This document shows, piece by piece, positions 20,087 to 28,175 of a stretch of DNA of 64,000 bases. Under the pieces are notes generated by a model. The model made no database searches. It was not told the origin of the DNA and saw nothing but the letters and a program-made list of their open reading frames with translations. The stretch comes from Bacteroidia bacterium (GTDB lineage Bacteria > Bacteroidota > Bacteroidia > Palsa-965), in NCBI GenBank assembly GCA_039918435.1, contig JBDSHN010000073.1:14267-78266 (forward strand), in the 5' to 3' direction. Position numbers and translations under genes: made by a program. Each line of letters begins with the position of its first letter. Position 1 is the stretch's first letter.

Positions 20087-20392
20087 TTACAATAAAATAA
20101 TCAGAAGTATGATAATCAGGACAAGTGCGGTTCCTGAGATATAATAAACTCCGCCACCGCGAGCTTGCTTTGAATTGGAAGAATTGTTTTCAGCTTTATT
20201 TTGCTTTTCAGAAAACATAGCAGGGTGCTTGTGCTTGAAATTTTCCATTTTTTTCTCCAATGCAGGAGTGATTAACGGTGGAGCTGTTTGTTCCGTATTT
20301 GCTTTTACTGACACATTACCTGCGCTTAAATTGTATGGTGATGCGAATAACGAAAGGCCTGCTATCATTAAACAAAGAAATTGCTTTTTCAT
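20087..20392 (-). CDS. Small secreted/C-terminally anchored protein, paralog 2
   Basis: MKKQFLCLMIAGLSLFA...TALVLIIILLIILL. About 60% identical to paralog 1. Start taken at the internal MKKQ, not at the upstream ORF-track Met. Confidence 0.6.
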   Translation of the reverse strand: MKKQFLCLMIAGLSLFASPYNLSAGNVSVKANTEQTAPPLITPALEKKMENFKHKHPAMFSEKQNKAENNSSNSKQARGGGVYYISGTALVLIIILLIILL

Positions 20393-20502
20393 AATGTGTA
20401 GTTTTAAGGTTTCTACACATATTAGCAATTGCAATGCCACGGCAAAAACGTCACTTTCTATTATAGAGCAAGTTTAAATCAATAAAAAATGTGGGGAACT
20501 AA

Positions 20503-21846
20503 TTACCCGTTTTGGGTTTCTTTGAACCTCGAAAATACTGCTGCGGCACAAATGCATAATGCAGCAACTACAAATCCGGACAATCTTAAACCATGATCAT
20601 CACCCGGATCTTTTCCCAATACAGTCAGCATGGCAAACACAGCAATTCCAAACGTCTGGCCTAGCTTCACCACAAAATATTTTACAGCGAAAAATAACCC
20701 TTCATTGTTCTCACCGGTTTTTTTTGCGTCTTCACTTGCAATATCACCTAAAATTGCCGGCGGTAAAATCCCAAGCGCTGCAAGCGGAAAAGCTGCAAGT
20801 CCGACAAACAAAAAGAGCTGTAGCTTATGTGATACCGGATATTTTCCCAATCCGTATACACTTGCACATACAACAGCCAGCACAGCAAATGCAATCAGCA
20901 CAAGTTTTTTCTTTCCGTATTTTTTTGCCCATGAAATAATCAGCGGGTAAAAAAGAATGGAAACAGCCACCATCGTTCCCATCAGAATAACACCAAGAGA
21001 TTCTTTTTCTCCTGCCAGCACAGTTACATAATATAAAAGTCCGCTGGTGATAATATATAACGCCATGTACCAGGAGAAATCAGCAGCTGCATACAGGATA
21101 AAATTCTTATTCTTCAACGTCGCACGCAGCGCAACAAAAAGCGGCAGATGAGAAGGTTTTCCTTTGCAATATTTTTTTTCATCAATAACGATTACAGGCA
21201 CCACAAGAAAAATTCCACCTACAATACAAATTGCCTCAATGGCCAGCCGGATTGCATCAACACGATGTGCCGCATCGAGATGAAAAAGATACTGCACAAG
21301 GTCGGCAACATTATTAGTAGCGGATGCAATTACAATTCCCACTACAAATCCCACCTGCTGCAGCGTAGCCAGACGAACGCGCGCTTCAGGTGTGTGAGCG
21401 AGCTCAGGCAATAACGCATTACATGGAATGATGTAAGTAGTAGCAGCAATAAAAAATAATGTAAGCGTAATAATCAGCCACCACGCATTTGCAGTTGTAG
21501 CAGTTGCATCAGGCGGAGAAAAAACCATCGCGCAAAAAATTACAGCCGGAATAAAGCTCCACATCATGAAAGGTATGCGGCGGCCTTTTTTATGCTTGCT
21601 GCTGTCACTTTTCTGCCCGATAAACGGATCGTAAATAGCATCCGTTAAGCGTCCCGCTGTAGCAATGATGGCAAGCAAATTGAAAATTCCGAAAATAGTA
21701 ACCTGTGAAATCAATGGCGACCATCCTGCCGAACCCGGTGGCAAATAATAATACGGCAACATTACACCAATGATATTCACGAGAATGCTCCACCCCGCCA
21801 TTCCAGAAGCGTATGCTAAATTTACTTTAAGGGGAATTTGCTGCAC
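20503..21846 (-). CDS. MFS-type transporter (12 TM; GPH/sugar-cation symporter-like)
   Basis: Twelve hydrophobic segments. MFS-like loop motif after TM2 (GRLTDAIYDPFIGQKSD). Confidence 0.8.
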   Translation of the reverse strand: MQQIPLKVNLAYASGMAGWSILVNIIGVMLPYYYLPPGSAGWSPLISQVTIFGIFNLLAIIATAGRLTDAIYDPFIGQKSDSSKHKKGRRIPFMMWSFIPAVIFCAMVFSPPDATATTANAWWLIITLTLFFIAATTYIIPCNALLPELAHTPEARVRLATLQQVGFVVGIVIASATNNVADLVQYLFHLDAAHRVDAIRLAIEAICIVGGIFLVVPVIVIDEKKYCKGKPSHLPLFVALRATLKNKNFILYAAADFSWYMALYIITSGLLYYVTVLAGEKESLGVILMGTMVAVSILFYPLIISWAKKYGKKKLVLIAFAVLAVVCASVYGLGKYPVSHKLQLFLFVGLAAFPLAALGILPPAILGDIASEDAKKTGENNEGLFFAVKYFVVKLGQTFGIAVFAMLTVLGKDPGDDHGLRLSGFVVAALCICAAAVFSRFKETQNG

Positions 21847-21930
21847 TGATTCCTGATTTTATAAAATGAAGGTAAAGATACAATTGTGGTCATTATGAAA
21901 TAGGATAAGCACAGAACCATTCTCAGCATA

Positions 21931-22125
21931 GGTGGACGAAAAAAAAGGACGATGGACGAAAAAAAAAACGGGGACGATGGGACGAAAACTTTATCTGCGT
22001 TATCTCTGCGGAATCAGCGAGAAAAGTTTTGTTGTGCGTTTACGCTTCGATATTGAAAAGGGACGATGGGACGGAATCTGCCGCCGCGGAGGGACGGGGG
22101 ACGGAAAAAAAATTATCAGAACACC
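21931..22125. repeat. GGGACG-rich intergenic element (multiple GGACGA / GGGACGATGGGACGG copies and A8-A10 tracts) in a divergent promoter region
   Basis: Shares AAAAGGGACGNNGGGACG with the elements at 7209 and 26205. The 73-aa ORF here is an artefact of translating the repeat. Confidence 0.6.
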
Positions 22126-22188
22126 GTCACAAAACTTCAATCTACCTCATTAAATTATCCAGTCACTTAATCTCCATAACTTTGAGAG

Positions 22189-23241
22189 ATGAATAAAAAG
22201 CGCGTAAAGATCCTGGTGCATATTCTTGGCTGCGCAGGATTTTTGCTTATCCCTATTTTGTTTTCACCAGAGCTTAACAGTTCGGGAAGCTTTTTGAGGA
22301 TTGCCCCTTTTAAAAGAGATTTTTTAGCGTACCTGCTGCTGGTCGGCTTTTTCTATTTCAATTTTTTTGTACTCATTCCTGAACTTTATCTTAATAAAAA
22401 ACATCTTTACTTTTTTCTTTCAGCAACTGCTTGCTTTCTTTTTATTTTATTCTTTCCTCGCTTATTGTTTCCCGAAGGTTTTCACCCGTCTGGGCCTCCA
22501 CATCACGCCGGCGTTTTTCAACTACAAAGACCACCTCCCGGACCTTCTCCTAACCATCGTCGTTTTGTCGATTATGGAATCCGGCTCCTCCAATTCCTTG
22601 TCATACTTGTATTTTCCCTTTTGCTGAAGATCAGCGACCGGTGGAAACAAGTGGAAAAAGAAAAACTTTCCGTGGAGCTTTCGTATCTCAAAGCACAGAT
22701 CAATCCTCACTTTTTATTCAATACACTTAACAGCATTTATTCGCTCGCCATCCAGCGTTCAGATGAAACACCTACAGCTGTAGTGAAACTTTCGGAGATG
22801 ATGCGTTATGTTACCACCGAAGCGCACAGCGATTTTGTAAGTCTCGAAAAAGAATTGAATTATGTGAGCAATTATATAGAGTTGCAAAAAATCCGACTGG
22901 GCAATACCGTTACGATCAATTACAAAAGTGAAGGCGTACTGCGTAACAAGCTGATCACACCATTGGTGCTGATCCCCTTTGTTGAAAATGCGTTTAAGTA
23001 CGGCGTAAATCCGGAAGAAGTTTGTTACATTACTATTTCAATTGTAGTAAATGAAAATGTGCTGCTATTTAACGCTGCAAACAAAAAGGTGAAAATTGAT
23101 TTCAGCAAATCAGCTGAAAGTGGTTACGGCATCAATAATGCTTCGCAGCGGTTGGCACATAGCTACCCGGGGAAGCATAAATTAAAGATCGAGGATGGTG
23201 AAAACGAATATACTGTCAGCTTAACGATAACGCTCGCATGA
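22189..23241 (+). CDS. LytS/YehU-type sensor histidine kinase (membrane N-term, His_kinase + HATPase_c)
   Basis: INPHFLFNTLNSIYSL H-box typical of the LytS family. Stop overlaps the start of the next gene (ATGA). Confidence 0.85.
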   Translation: MNKKRVKILVHILGCAGFLLIPILFSPELNSSGSFLRIAPFKRDFLAYLLLVGFFYFNFFVLIPELYLNKKHLYFFLSATACFLFILFFPRLLFPEGFHPSGPPHHAGVFQLQRPPPGPSPNHRRFVDYGIRLLQFLVILVFSLLLKISDRWKQVEKEKLSVELSYLKAQINPHFLFNTLNSIYSLAIQRSDETPTAVVKLSEMMRYVTTEAHSDFVSLEKELNYVSNYIELQKIRLGNTVTINYKSEGVLRNKLITPLVLIPFVENAFKYGVNPEEVCYITISIVVNENVLLFNAANKKVKIDFSKSAESGYGINNASQRLAHSYPGKHKLKIEDGENEYTVSLTITLA

Positions 23242-23927
23242 AAGCAATTGCTATAGACGATGAACCATTGGCGCTGAGCATTATTGAAAGTTTTTGTGGA
23301 AGCGTGGATTTTATTGCACTCGAAAAAACATTCACTAAGCCCAGTGAAGCGTTGAAGCACCTGCGCAAATTTCCCGTAGACCTTATTTTTCTCGATATAC
23401 AAATGCCCTCTGTTTCCGGAATTGATTTTTACAAAGAGATAAAGCAGGAAACACAAGTGATCTTTACCACTGCGCACAGTCAATATGCAGTGGAAGGTTT
23501 TACTCTTAACGCAACGGATTATTTGCTAAAGCCTTTTACCACAGAGCGTTTTTTGCAGGCCGTGAATAAGGCAAAAGAATTTTACAGCTTTCAACATCAG
23601 AAAACGGATGTTACAAGTCAGCATATTTTTTTGCGGGCAGATTACAGCCTCCTGAAAATAAATATTGAAGACATTCTTTTCATTGAAGGATTGGATGATT
23701 ACCTGAAGGTGCATGTGCAGGGACAAAAAACAATTGTAACACGCATGACGATGAAAGCCATTTCTGAAAAGCTACCTTCAAAAGAATTCATTCGGGTGCA
23801 TCGTTCTTTCATTGTTCCGTTCAGCAAAATTTCACATGTGCGGAATAAGACCATCTTTCTCCCGGGTGGTGAAATTCCTATTGGAGGAAGTTATGAAAAT
23901 GCTTTTTTGAAAATTTATAGTAAATAG
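23238..23927 (+). CDS. LytTR-family response regulator
   Basis: REC (AIDDEPLAL...LIFLDIQMPSVSG) plus LytTR (IEGLDDYLKVHV...FIRVHRSFIV). Translationally coupled to the kinase. Confidence 0.9.
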   Translation: MKAIAIDDEPLALSIIESFCGSVDFIALEKTFTKPSEALKHLRKFPVDLIFLDIQMPSVSGIDFYKEIKQETQVIFTTAHSQYAVEGFTLNATDYLLKPFTTERFLQAVNKAKEFYSFQHQKTDVTSQHIFLRADYSLLKINIEDILFIEGLDDYLKVHVQGQKTIVTRMTMKAISEKLPSKEFIRVHRSFIVPFSKISHVRNKTIFLPGGEIPIGGSYENAFLKIYSK

Positions 23928-23972
23928 TTTCTTGCCGGGATTGTTGTGACGAAAAAACGCAAAGTCAACTTC

Positions 23973-26168
23973 CTACACCCGAATCCCCATCACCATCACG
24001 TCATCCACTTGTTCGAGCTGACCTTTCCAGGATGCAAATTGTTTTTCAATTCGTTCCTGCTGTTCTTTCATTGGCAGATGTGAAATGGATTCCAACAATT
24101 CCCGGAAACGTTTGGAAAGAAATTTCTTCCCTGTATTTTCTCCGAACTGATCTACATAACCATCAGAGCTCATGTAAAAATTAATCGGCCCTGCTAAATT
24201 AATTTCCTGTTCGTTGAAAGGCGCATCATCTTCTTTTTTCTCACCAGCAATAGAATAAAGATCACCTTTGAAATAATTCAGTCCGCTTTTATCAGTAAAA
24301 TATAATGGACGACCTGCGCCGGCAAAAACCGCCTTGTTGGAATTCCTGTCGATACAAAGCAGCGCAATGTCCATTCCATCTTTCGATTCACGTGCTTCTG
24401 CATCTTTATTTAATGTATTGATCATCATTCTATGCAGCAGCTCAAGCACAGCAGCAGGTGATGGTGTACCGGGAAGTTCGATAATTTTATTCAGGATATT
24501 TATACCTACAACCGAAACCAGCGCGCCGGGAACGCCATGGCCTGTACAATCGGCAACAGCAATGTAAGTGCGGTTGTCTTTTTGCGCCAGCCAGAAAAAA
24601 TCGCCGCTTACAATATCACGCGGCCTATTGAAAATAAAATATTCACTCACCGCTTTTTGCAGTATACGTTCATCAGGCATTACAGACTTCTGAATTCTCA
24701 ATGCGTACGTGATACTGTCGGTAATATCTTTATTTTTTTCTGCAATCAATTTGTTCTGCACTTCAAGCCGTTGATTTACTTTTCGTTTTGCAGTGTTGGC
24801 ACTGATCAGGAAGAATGCAAGTAAAAGAACAATTCCAAGCCCAAAGGAAACGGCGAGGATAATTTGTTTTTGTTTTTTATCAATCTCAGTTTGTTCCGCA
24901 TTTACAATATTCAGCTGCGTTATCTCCGTTTCCTTTTTCCTGTTTTCAAAACGCGCTTCCATTTCTTTCGACAAACGAGCATGCTCTTGTCCGACAATAA
25001 TACTATCCAATGTGCTTGCGGAATCTTTGTATAAATAGGCTTCCTTATACTTTCCCATATCAGCATAAAGCACAGCTATTCCAGCATAAGAATCCTGTAG
25101 CCAGTTATTCAATCTTCCTTTCCTTGCAATCTGAAGCGCTTTTAGGTAATACGTTTCTGATGCAGAATAATTTTTCAGCTCGCGGTATGCAGCACCCATA
25201 TTTCCATAAGCAGCGGCAAGCGCATCCGTATCGTTGGAATTTAAAAATACCTCTACCGCCGATTGATAATAATCCAGCGCTTCTTCATAAATTTTTTGTT
25301 GCAGCAGCACATTCCCGATGTCCGAATTTATACGGGCAACGTAAGCGTCTTGCTTCAGCTGTATCATCAGGTCTTTCGCGATCTTATAATTAGCAATTGC
25401 ATTTTCATAATCACTTTTATAAAAATAAATATTGGCAATGGAAAGGTATGCTCCTGAAATGCCATAGCTGTTTTTTGCTTTCTCCATCGCAGTCAGCGAT
25501 TTTTTGAAATTTTCAAGTGCCTTATCATAATCTTTCTGGTACTGCTGACTGTTTCCCATAGATAAATAAGCATAACCCACCTGTACATCTTCTTTTCCAT
25601 CTTCCGCCACACGAAGTGCCTGAAGAAAGTTTTCCATTGCAAGTCCATGTTCACCAAGTGAAGTGTAAATTTCTCCCATAGCGCGGTATGCTTCGCTTTG
25701 CAGATTATACATCTTTGCAATGCTATCAAAAACAACAGCTTCTCTGAAATGTGCAAGTGCTTCCGTATTTTTTCCTTGGCCTCTGAGCACATTTGCCAAC
25801 CTGTTTGACATTACTGCACGACCACGATAATATTTTATTTCGGTTGCTCTTTTAATTCCTTCTTCGTAACACGTGATTGCTTCACCTGTTTTTCCCAGTA
25901 ATCTTAATCCATCTCCTTTGGGAATCATCATATAGGAAAGTCCGCGTTTGTAATCCAGTTTTTCCGAAAGCACAAGACCTTCATCGGCAAGTTTTATTGC
26001 TTCCTGAGGATTACTGCTGCTGATCAGGTTGGCATAAGCATAAAGCGTGGAGACGTGATTGGTATCAGGAACTTGTGTTTTTAATAATGCACGTAAACTA
26101 TCTGATTTATCCTGGCCAATTAAAAAAACAGGAACAAAAATAAACAGCGAAAATATAATCCTTTTCAA
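23973..26168 (-). CDS. TPR-repeat sensor protein with TM segment and C-terminal PP2C/SpoIIE-type serine phosphatase
   Basis: Signal-like N-terminus and multiple TPR units. TM (ILAVSFGLGIVLLLAFFLI). PP2C/SpoIIE block (SGDFFWLAQ...IAVADCTGHGVPGALVS...MSSDGYVDQ). Probable TTG start at about 26168; the ORF-track start at 26264 would run into the repeat element. Confidence 0.8.
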   Translation of the reverse strand: MKRIIFSLFIFVPVFLIGQDKSDSLRALLKTQVPDTNHVSTLYAYANLISSSNPQEAIKLADEGLVLSEKLDYKRGLSYMMIPKGDGLRLLGKTGEAITCYEEGIKRATEIKYYRGRAVMSNRLANVLRGQGKNTEALAHFREAVVFDSIAKMYNLQSEAYRAMGEIYTSLGEHGLAMENFLQALRVAEDGKEDVQVGYAYLSMGNSQQYQKDYDKALENFKKSLTAMEKAKNSYGISGAYLSIANIYFYKSDYENAIANYKIAKDLMIQLKQDAYVARINSDIGNVLLQQKIYEEALDYYQSAVEVFLNSNDTDALAAAYGNMGAAYRELKNYSASETYYLKALQIARKGRLNNWLQDSYAGIAVLYADMGKYKEAYLYKDSASTLDSIIVGQEHARLSKEMEARFENRKKETEITQLNIVNAEQTEIDKKQKQIILAVSFGLGIVLLLAFFLISANTAKRKVNQRLEVQNKLIAEKNKDITDSITYALRIQKSVMPDERILQKAVSEYFIFNRPRDIVSGDFFWLAQKDNRTYIAVADCTGHGVPGALVSVVGINILNKIIELPGTPSPAAVLELLHRMMINTLNKDAEARESKDGMDIALLCIDRNSNKAVFAGAGRPLYFTDKSGLNYFKGDLYSIAGEKKEDDAPFNEQEINLAGPINFYMSSDGYVDQFGENTGKKFLSKRFRELLESISHLPMKEQQERIEKQFASWKGQLEQVDDVMVMGIRV

Positions 26169-26204
26169 AATCAAAGTCTGAAGTGTTAGCTTACCAAATG
26201 TATA

Positions 26205-26308
26205 AAAAAAAGGGACGAAAAAATGCACGTGATGACGAGGGGCGAAATCGCGAAGACTCAACATTTCGGCAGGTTTTCTTTCGCCTTTTCCTTCCGTCCC
26301 TTTTTCCT
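26205..26308. repeat. GGGACG-family MITE-like element (AAAAAAGGGACG...CGTCCCTTTTTCC termini) in a divergent promoter region
   Basis: The terminal inverted 11-mer is visible. The right end (CCTTTTCCTTCCGTCCCTTTTTCCTTTACCT) is nearly identical to the right end of the 7209-7395 element. Confidence 0.65.
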
Positions 26309-26320
26309 TTACCTTTGCGT

Positions 26321-28156
26321 ATGGCCTACAGCAGTCTCGAAGAATGCCTCCTTGATCTTGAAAAGCACGGGCATCTTATTCGTGTTACAGAAGAAGTTGA
26401 TCCTGATCTTGAAATGGCGGCCATTCATTTGCGGGTGTACGCAGCGGGGGGGCCAGCATTGCTTTTTGAAAAAGTAAAAGGGTGCAAGTTTCGTGCGGCA
26501 TCGAATATTTTCGGCACGAAAGAACGCTCGCAATTTATTTTCCGCGACTCCGTTGAAAATGTAAAAAAACTTATCGCGATCAAATCAGATCCGATGAATG
26601 CGATACGTCATCCGTTTAAAAATGCAGGAGCGTTATTTGCTGGATTAAAATCCATTCCGAAAAAAGCAGGATTTAATAAGCCTGTGATGAAGCATGAAAC
26701 AACAATTTCTCAGCTGCCGCAAATTAAACACTGGCCGGATGATGGTGGCGCATTTGTAACGCTTCCTGCCGTTTATACGGAGGATATTGATGAGCCGGGA
26801 ATCACACATTCTAATTTGGGAATGTACAGAATTCAGCTCAGCGGAAATGAGTATGTGCAGGATAAAGAAATTGGTTTGCATTATCAATTGCATCGCGGTA
26901 TCGGCGTTCACCAGACGAAAGCGAATGCAAAAAAACAGCCGTTGAAAGTTTCCATTTTTGTTGGCGGACCTCCGTCCCTTCCATTCAGCGCAGTAATGCC
27001 TTTGCCGGAAGGATTATCGGAATTGAGCTTTGCAGGCGTTCTAGGAAACCGCAAGATCAGGTATGCATACAATGATGGATTTTGTATCGCAACAGATGCC
27101 GATTTTGTAATCACCGGTGAAGTTTATCCGGGTGAAAATAAAACAGAAGGACCTTTCGGAGATCATCTTGGTTATTACAGCCTGAAGCATAATTTTCCGT
27201 TGATGCGCGTGAAAAAAGTGTGGCACCGTGAAAATGCGATCTGGCCTTTCACTGTTGTTGGTCGCCCGCCCCAAGAAGATACCAGTTTCGGCTGGCTCAT
27301 TCATGATCTTGCAGGCAAAGGAATACAAGCCGAAATCCCCGGATTAAAAAATGTAAATGCGGTAGACGCTGCTGGTGTGCATCCGCTTTTGCTTGCCATC
27401 GGAAGCGAACGTTATACGCCTTATCTCGAAGACAAACGTCCATCCGAATTGCTTACGATTGCGAATCACATTCTTGGTTCCGGTCAATTGTCATTGGCAA
27501 AATATCTTTTCATCAGCGCAGAGCATGATAATCCGCAACTCGATGTAAATAATATTCCTGCATTTTTCAATCACCTGCTCGAACGGATTGACCTCAGTCA
27601 CGATGTTCATTTCTACACCAACACCAGCATCGATACGCTTGATTACAGCGGCGACGGATTAAATACAGGATCAAAAGTTGTTTTTGCAGCAACCGGAAAT
27701 AAACGTCGCGAATTGAAAAAAGAAATTTCATACTTAAATCTTCCTGATGGTTTTGAAAATGCACGTGTAGCACTTCCGGGAATTCTCGCTGTAAAAGGAA
27801 AAAAATATTCCACCACAGCAGCAACAGAAATAGAATTGCTGCAATTAACAGAAGCACTTTCAAAACAGGAACTTTCTGGTTTTCCCTTGGTGATTTTGTG
27901 CGACGACAGTAAATTTGTTTCGCAGAACCTGAACAATTTTCTGTGGGTGACCTTTACAAGAAGTAATCCGGCTCATGATATTTATGGTGTGGATTCATTT
28001 GTGCGTCATAAGCATTGGGGCTGTAAAGGATCGCTGATCATTGATGCGAGAATAAAACCACATCATGCTCCGGTGCTGGAGAAGGATGAAGCGGTGGAGA
28101 GAAGGATTGACCGCTTGTTTGAAAAAGGTGGATCATTGCACGGAATAATTAAATGA
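26321..28156 (+). CDS. UbiD-family (prenylated-FMN dependent) decarboxylase
   Basis: N-terminal LDLEKHGHLIRVTEEVDP...FEKVKG and the overall 600-aa architecture match the UbiD/MqnL-like family. Start at ATG 26321. Confidence 0.8.
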   Translation: MAYSSLEECLLDLEKHGHLIRVTEEVDPDLEMAAIHLRVYAAGGPALLFEKVKGCKFRAASNIFGTKERSQFIFRDSVENVKKLIAIKSDPMNAIRHPFKNAGALFAGLKSIPKKAGFNKPVMKHETTISQLPQIKHWPDDGGAFVTLPAVYTEDIDEPGITHSNLGMYRIQLSGNEYVQDKEIGLHYQLHRGIGVHQTKANAKKQPLKVSIFVGGPPSLPFSAVMPLPEGLSELSFAGVLGNRKIRYAYNDGFCIATDADFVITGEVYPGENKTEGPFGDHLGYYSLKHNFPLMRVKKVWHRENAIWPFTVVGRPPQEDTSFGWLIHDLAGKGIQAEIPGLKNVNAVDAAGVHPLLLAIGSERYTPYLEDKRPSELLTIANHILGSGQLSLAKYLFISAEHDNPQLDVNNIPAFFNHLLERIDLSHDVHFYTNTSIDTLDYSGDGLNTGSKVVFAATGNKRRELKKEISYLNLPDGFENARVALPGILAVKGKKYSTTAATEIELLQLTEALSKQELSGFPLVILCDDSKFVSQNLNNFLWVTFTRSNPAHDIYGVDSFVRHKHWGCKGSLIIDARIKPHHAPVLEKDEAVERRIDRLFEKGGSLHGIIK

Positions 28157-28175
28157 AAATAAAATCTCCCCACAA

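Noticed and set aside
21932-22153. 73-aa ORF in the MFS / LytS intergenic region
   Set aside because: - A Gly/Arg/Lys-rich product arising from GGGACG/poly-A repeats.
- No RBS and no coding periodicity.
26169-26264. N-terminal extension of the TPR-PP2C ORF
   Set aside because: - The extension translates the GGGACG element (MLSLRDFAPRHHVHFFVPFF...).
- The signal-peptide-like sequence begins at the TTG near 26168.
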